Assembly (NCBI RefSeq): GCF_009914755.1
Contig: NC_060931.1
Length of the DNA stretch: 64,000 nucleotides
From: the human T2T-CHM13v2.0 reference genome, Homo sapiens
Direction: 5' to 3' (one strand)
Position numbers and translations under genes: made by a program. This document shows, piece after piece, positions 58,251 through 64,000 of this stretch; the stretch's first letter is position 1, and each line of letters starts with the position of its first letter. The notes under the pieces are model-generated. The model did not search any database. It worked only from the letters and a program-made list of their open reading frames with translations, and was not told the DNA's origin.

Positions 58251-59196
58251 TGCAGTTATAATCGTGCTGTACTTAACTTCCAGCTCATGTATAATCTTGT
58301 GCTTATAGCAAGATCCCCACAGTTCTATGAAAAGTTATAATCAACAAAGCACAGGAGTCTCACTGCTGTATATATATGAAATGCCAAGGATATGGACAAA
58401 ACTGTAGCCTCCAGTATGAGGTGGGTGTATAATAAAACATTACTGACAACAGAAGGAGGAAAAAAATCTTGATCACTACCTAGTGTTTACTTTTGTTCAT
58501 TTTAAAATAATATTATGTTCTAGAGAAGGAAAAAAACAATACAGAGTACCAGCCCTCAGGTCTTTGCTCCCACATACTTGTGTTCTGATACTGTGACTCA
58601 TGCCTCTCACACACAAGTAAGAACCTAAGGACACAGGGGAAGAAGTGGCACACTGCTCAGGAAGCCAGAAGCTACTTCAGCAGTAACCCTGGAGGCATCC
58701 AGGCTCTTCAGGCATGAATGGAGTTGAAAGACCTTTAGTCTTAGTAGATACTTGAGAGCCACATACTTTTAAAATTCATTTTGATTTATAGAACCACTGG
58801 GAAATGCTAAGACAAACTTTACCTTTCTTTGAACTGTTAAAAAGAAAGGAAAAAGCAACATTAGGAATAAAAAACAACATGAATATTCATTTGAAAATCT
58901 CAATATATAATTGATCAAGTATCAATTAAAATGTAAAATGTGTACATCCTATGACCCAACAATTACACGTCTAGGAATTTATTCTACAGCAATATGGGTA
59001 CAAGTCCACAGAAAGAGGTGTATCAAGATGTTTACTGCAAGACCCATTCTAATGGCAAAAATCAGAAATGATTAAATTATGTAGCATCCATATAATGAGA
59101 TTCAGAAGAATAAGGTAGTGGGCTATATAATATCTATGAGATATTATCATGTAAAAAAGTATACATCAATATAAATAATTATATTAACACTAAAAA

Positions 59197-59239
<43 letters not shown>

Positions 59240-59243
59240 ATAG
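59197..59243. repeat. (TG)n(TA)n compound microsatellite within an old L1ME-like fragment
   Basis: Direct reading. Confidence 0.9.
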
Positions 59244-60509
59244 TATACAAAATCATCTACAAGGTTACACCTTTAGATGTTAACAGCAGCTACCTCTGGG
59301 GATTAGGATACGTTGGGGGTTAGGAGGAGAGTAAATACACTTTATCACTTTTTAAAACAGTAGGGTTATGTGGAATTTTTGGTGTCTAATTTCAATATCA
59401 CTTATAATTTCCCATTAAATATCACCCTATTAATTGTACTTTACCTATTTACTTTCTAACCTAAATGTACATACAAAACCCCAAGTAACTCTCCTTCTAT
59501 TAATCTGGCCTTTCTCAGATATCTCCATTCTATGACTAGAACTGCTTTATTAACTTCAGAGAGCTGACAATTACAATTTTATATAATTTGATAGGAAAGA
59601 TTTTGGTTTAAGAAAGTTTATTAAAGTTTAGGGAAAAGCTGAGTTTAGCTGCCTGAGCAATGAGCTCAGGATGTTAATAGAATTCCTAGTTCTCCCAATT
59701 ACTTGAGAACAATAATAGCATCAGTCAATCTCATGGCGGGGGAGGCAGGGAGAGGATGAAATGTGGGTTAAGCACCACAACTGGCTCATGGCTGTGGGAT
59801 GGGGTTGAGGAGGTGTTCCGTAACTGTTAGCCAATATCACTGCAGTTTATACATATTATATTTATTTACAAGAATGATTTAGATGACCTTAACAACAGGC
59901 TTTTATTAGTCTTGATATCTCTAATGTCTAAGCAAGATGCTCAATAAATGTTTGTTGAGTCAACAATTGATATCTGTAAGAAAATAATGGGGGCCTACTT
60001 CATGGGATCCTTTTAAGGATTAAAATTAGTTAATATTAAGCAACTGCTTAGAACAGTGCCTGATACATACTAAATTGCATATAAAATGCTTGCTGTTTAG
60101 AGGTCTTCACTTCCTTTACTACGATATCAAAACCCAAAATTACTCTAAAAGTTTTTGCCCTTATAATCCACTTGGCAGCAAAACCTGACCAGAATGATTT
60201 ATAGTCTTTATTTATCCCATATGGAGTGAATATTTTGTATCACTCTAGATTTTATTGGAGGTGCTATATATGTACATTATCATTATGAAATCATAAAAAT
60301 TCTGATTTCTGAAGTAAAATTGGTACTAAGGACTTTGTATAAGGGTCTAGGGACAAGTGTTATTATCTTTGAAAATATTACAATATAGGTTCAGGAACAT
60401 AACTAGAAATATTTGGTTTTAAACAAAATTGAGCACAGGAAACATTTATTAATATCTTTTATAAGGTGATATATGAACTTTTAAAATGCAGATTAAAACA
60501 AGATGACTA

Positions 60510-60780
60510 GGGAGGCTGAGGTGGACGGATCACAAGGTCAGGAGATCGAGACCATCCTGGCCAACATGGTGAAACCTCATCTCTACTAAAATACAAAAAA
60601 TCCGCCGGGCGTGGTGGCGCGTGCCTGTAGTCCCAGCTACTCAAGAAGCTGAGGAAGAGGAATTGCGTCAACCTGGGTGACGGAGGTTGCAGTGAGTCAA
60701 GATTGAGCCACTGCACTCCAGCCTGGGCGACAGAGCGAGACTCATTCTCAAAACAAAACAAAACAAAACAAAAAAAACAA
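60510..60780 (+). mobile_element. 5'-truncated AluSc/Y-like
   Basis: Perfect 15-bp TSD aaaacaagatgacta (60495-60509, 60774-60788). Confidence 0.93.
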
Positions 60781-60814
60781 GATGACTAATTAGCCTTTAC
60801 TAAATTAAATAAAT

Positions 60815-62810
60815 GTCCTCTAGCCTGCATTCACTCCAGTTATTTCTCTTTCATTCTTAGACTGGGAAAGTGTAAGAATCTTAGTCCCAGTCAAGGATAA
60901 TTCTGTCCCTTCCTGCTGCCTTCTCAGAGACCTCACCCTGGAAGTTAGTACCTCTTTCTTAGATTTCCAGCTTCTCCCTCTCCACCAGCTGTAATCATGA
61001 ATATATTTAAACATGCTTAAGTCTCCTCCATCATAAGTATTCATCAAAACAAAGTCTACACATCCAAACTTATCCCTCTTCTTCTTGAAACACTGCATAC
61101 AATCCACTGTATATTTTCCTTTTTTTTTTTCTATTCTTCAATCCATGACAAGTTGGCTTTCACCCTCATCAGTGAAATTGCCCATCAGGTTCACCAACAA
61201 TATTTAGGGAACCTTTCATGATGGTACTCGACCTCCTTGCAGTAGCAGGCACTGTTTATCACGCCTCCCTCCTTAGGCTTAGGATTCTATGTAGGTCCTT
61301 TGACCTTCATACTCTACACTCTCCTTGGATGTTCACATTTACTCCCATGATGTCAGTTATTATTCACTGGCTGACAGTTTCCAGATCTACATCCCATAAC
61401 CCATCTCTCTCTCTCCTGAACTTCAGGCACAATTTACTAAACATCTCCATCTGAATGTCCCTCAGGTGACCAAACTCAGGCTGAAACCGAATTTACCTTT
61501 GCTCCCAAACCTGAATACCTAACTCCTCCTGGGATCCTCATGCAGTGAATGGCACCACACCAACACCCAGCCAATTGTCAAAAGGCCTAGGAGTCACTTA
61601 CAACTCCTCCCACTCCTTCACCTTTTTAATATTATCAGTCATCAAGTCCTGCCAATTCAACTTCCTAAATGTCCCTAGACTCTATCTCCACAATCGCCTC
61701 TACTTCAAGCCACAGTCATTTCTAGCTTAGGTTACTACCTAAAATCTTTTACAGGGTTCTGCCTCTCATCTTGACTTCAGTGAATCCCCTTTCTTTCTTT
61801 TCTTTCCTTTTTCTTTTTTTTTTTTAGAGACAGGGTCTCCCTCTGTTGCCCAGGTTGGAGAGGAGTGGTGCAATCACAGCTCACTGCAGCCTCCACCTCC
61901 CTGGCTGAAGCGATACTCCCATCTGACCCTCTTGAGTAGCTGGGACTATAGATGTGTGCCACCATACCCAGCTAGTTTTTACAAACTTTTTATAGCGACA
62001 GGGTCTTGCCATATTGCCCAGGCTGGTCTCTAACTCCTGGGCTCAAGTGATCCTCCTGCCTTGGCCTCCCAAAGTGCTCCCAAATTACAGGCATGAGGTA
62101 CCGTGTCTGGCCAAATGCATTTTCAATAGTGCAACCAGACAGGTCTTTCTTCCCTCAAATGAGATCTTATCTCTCCCTTCTTAAAACAATCACAAGCTTC
62201 AAAATGTCCTCAAAACAAAGTCTACACTCATTCATACAGCCTTAAACTCTATATTCTATCAAATGATCAACAACTATTTCTTGAATGCCTGCTATGTGCT
62301 AGGAATGGTCTGGAATCTAAGGATACAGCAGTGAGCCAGACAAAGCTTCAGATATCAAGGAGCTTATGGCCCAGTGGGATATATACATAAACTGGGAAAT
62401 ACACATAAACAAATAAACAAAAATATTCCAGATTCCAATAAGTATTATAAAGGTGGGGTAGAGAGTGTGCTGTGTCAGTCGGGGCATTCAGGTGATATTT
62501 TAATAGAGAGGTCTGAATGTTCCAGCCAAATATATATCTAGCACACTCCTACTAACCTCAGTTCTCAGCTGAGACCTCCCCTGGGAAGTTTTCCTGTTGC
62601 CTTGAGTCTGGGTTGGCAGCACCTCCCACACGCTCCATAGCATCGCGTGCTTACCCTGAACATTCACCACTCAGGGTGCTCATGCCCATTATTTGCCTGA
62701 TTACTCCCCTACAGGAACAGGGTATCTTGTGCCTGGTTACATCCCTAGTGCGTGGTGCACAGTGCTTGCCATGCTTGAGTTGCTCAATATCCACTTCCTG
62801 AATGGCAGAT
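60815..62810. mobile_element. L2 fragments interrupted by an AluJ
   Basis: acatctccatctgaatgtccctcagg...aaactc; ctatgtgctaggaatgg. Confidence 0.65.
61789..62112 (-). mobile_element. AluJ
   Basis: Reverse diverged dimer. Confidence 0.9.
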
Positions 62811-62830
62811 GAAGTAATTAATATTATTAA

Positions 62831-63145
<315 letters not shown>

Positions 63146-63583
63146 CCTCAGTAATTTTAAAGAGGGTAATATAATTGTCCTTGGAAGAGGTGTATTGGCT
63201 GACTGAAATGAGAAAAGTCCACATAAAACATTTTATTCATTATTTCCATTTGTTTTATTACTGCTAACATGAATACCAAAGCATAAAACTCAACACCTGG
63301 ATAATTAGTCATGTCTTTCAGTTTATGCTTCTCTGCTATTTTTTAATTCCCAGGCTCCATAAAAATATGTACGCTTTTCCTATGGGAAATTTTCAAATAT
63401 GAAGTCATAGACTTCTTAAGTAAAACCTAATGATTCTTTAACTGTGTTAAGAATACAGCTTCTAACGAAAGTTAATAAATGCACAGTTCTCTTCCTTTTG
63501 ACATTATGGGTTTTTGTACTCAGAGTGGGTAAGTCCTAAGGCCTTTTATCCATTTTTAATTCTAAATTCAAGATTGAATGTAA

Positions 63584-63883
63584 GGCCAGGCATGGTGGCT
63601 CATGCCTGTAATCTGAGTACTTTAGGAGGCTGAGATGGGAGGATTTCTTTAGGCCAGGAGTTTGAGACCAGCCTGGGCAACATAGTGAGACCCTGCCTCT
63701 ACAAAAAAATTTTAAAAATTAGCTAAGTGTGGTAGCATGTGCCTGTAGTCACAGCTACTTGGGAAGCAGAGGCAGGAGGATTGTCTGAGCCTAGGAGTTT
63801 CAGGATGCAGTGAGCCATGATTGTACTACTGCACTCCAGCCTGAGTAACAGTAAAACCCTGCCTCAAAAAAAAAAAGAAAAAA
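63584..63883 (+). mobile_element. AluJ
   Basis: Full dimer; TSD aagatt(g/c)aatgtaag. Confidence 0.9.
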
Positions 63884-64000
63884 GATTCAATGTAAGAATG
63901 AAAAACATGATGCCATATGCCAAATGACTGACTGCTGAGGGATTAAATCTGCCAAAAATGATTCTTTGTTTTATATGACTCAGCTTTTCAAGTTCTCTAA

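Overview
Primate (human-like) genomic DNA lying wholly inside one minus-strand gene, DOCK4 (DOCK-B family Rac GEF). Ten GT-AG coding exons between 52779 and 8597 splice into one open frame running from DFLLQIFTVFRILIRPEMFPKDW to [31 protein letters not shown], i.e. the helical region leading into the DHR-2 domain. One of them is a 27-nt cassette microexon (IPLFGPYP). The rest is intron with about 25 Alus, old L1/L2/MIR/MER pieces, a THE1 solo LTR and a 5-kb deleted ERV1 provirus. Nearly all listed ORFs are repeat-derived or chance. I see no new protein-coding system. The best leads are: (1) two more candidate microexons (36 nt in frame, 14 nt with a stop) next to the 27-nt one; (2) a provirus whose catalytic codons were changed by GA>AA substitutions, as expected from APOBEC3 editing; (3) three perfect octamer motifs in its LTR; (4) a 10-bp stem that could mask a 3' splice site; (5) plus-strand splice and poly(A) signals fitting an antisense lncRNA. 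Gene and repeat names come from recognition, not a database search, and old-repeat boundaries are approximate.
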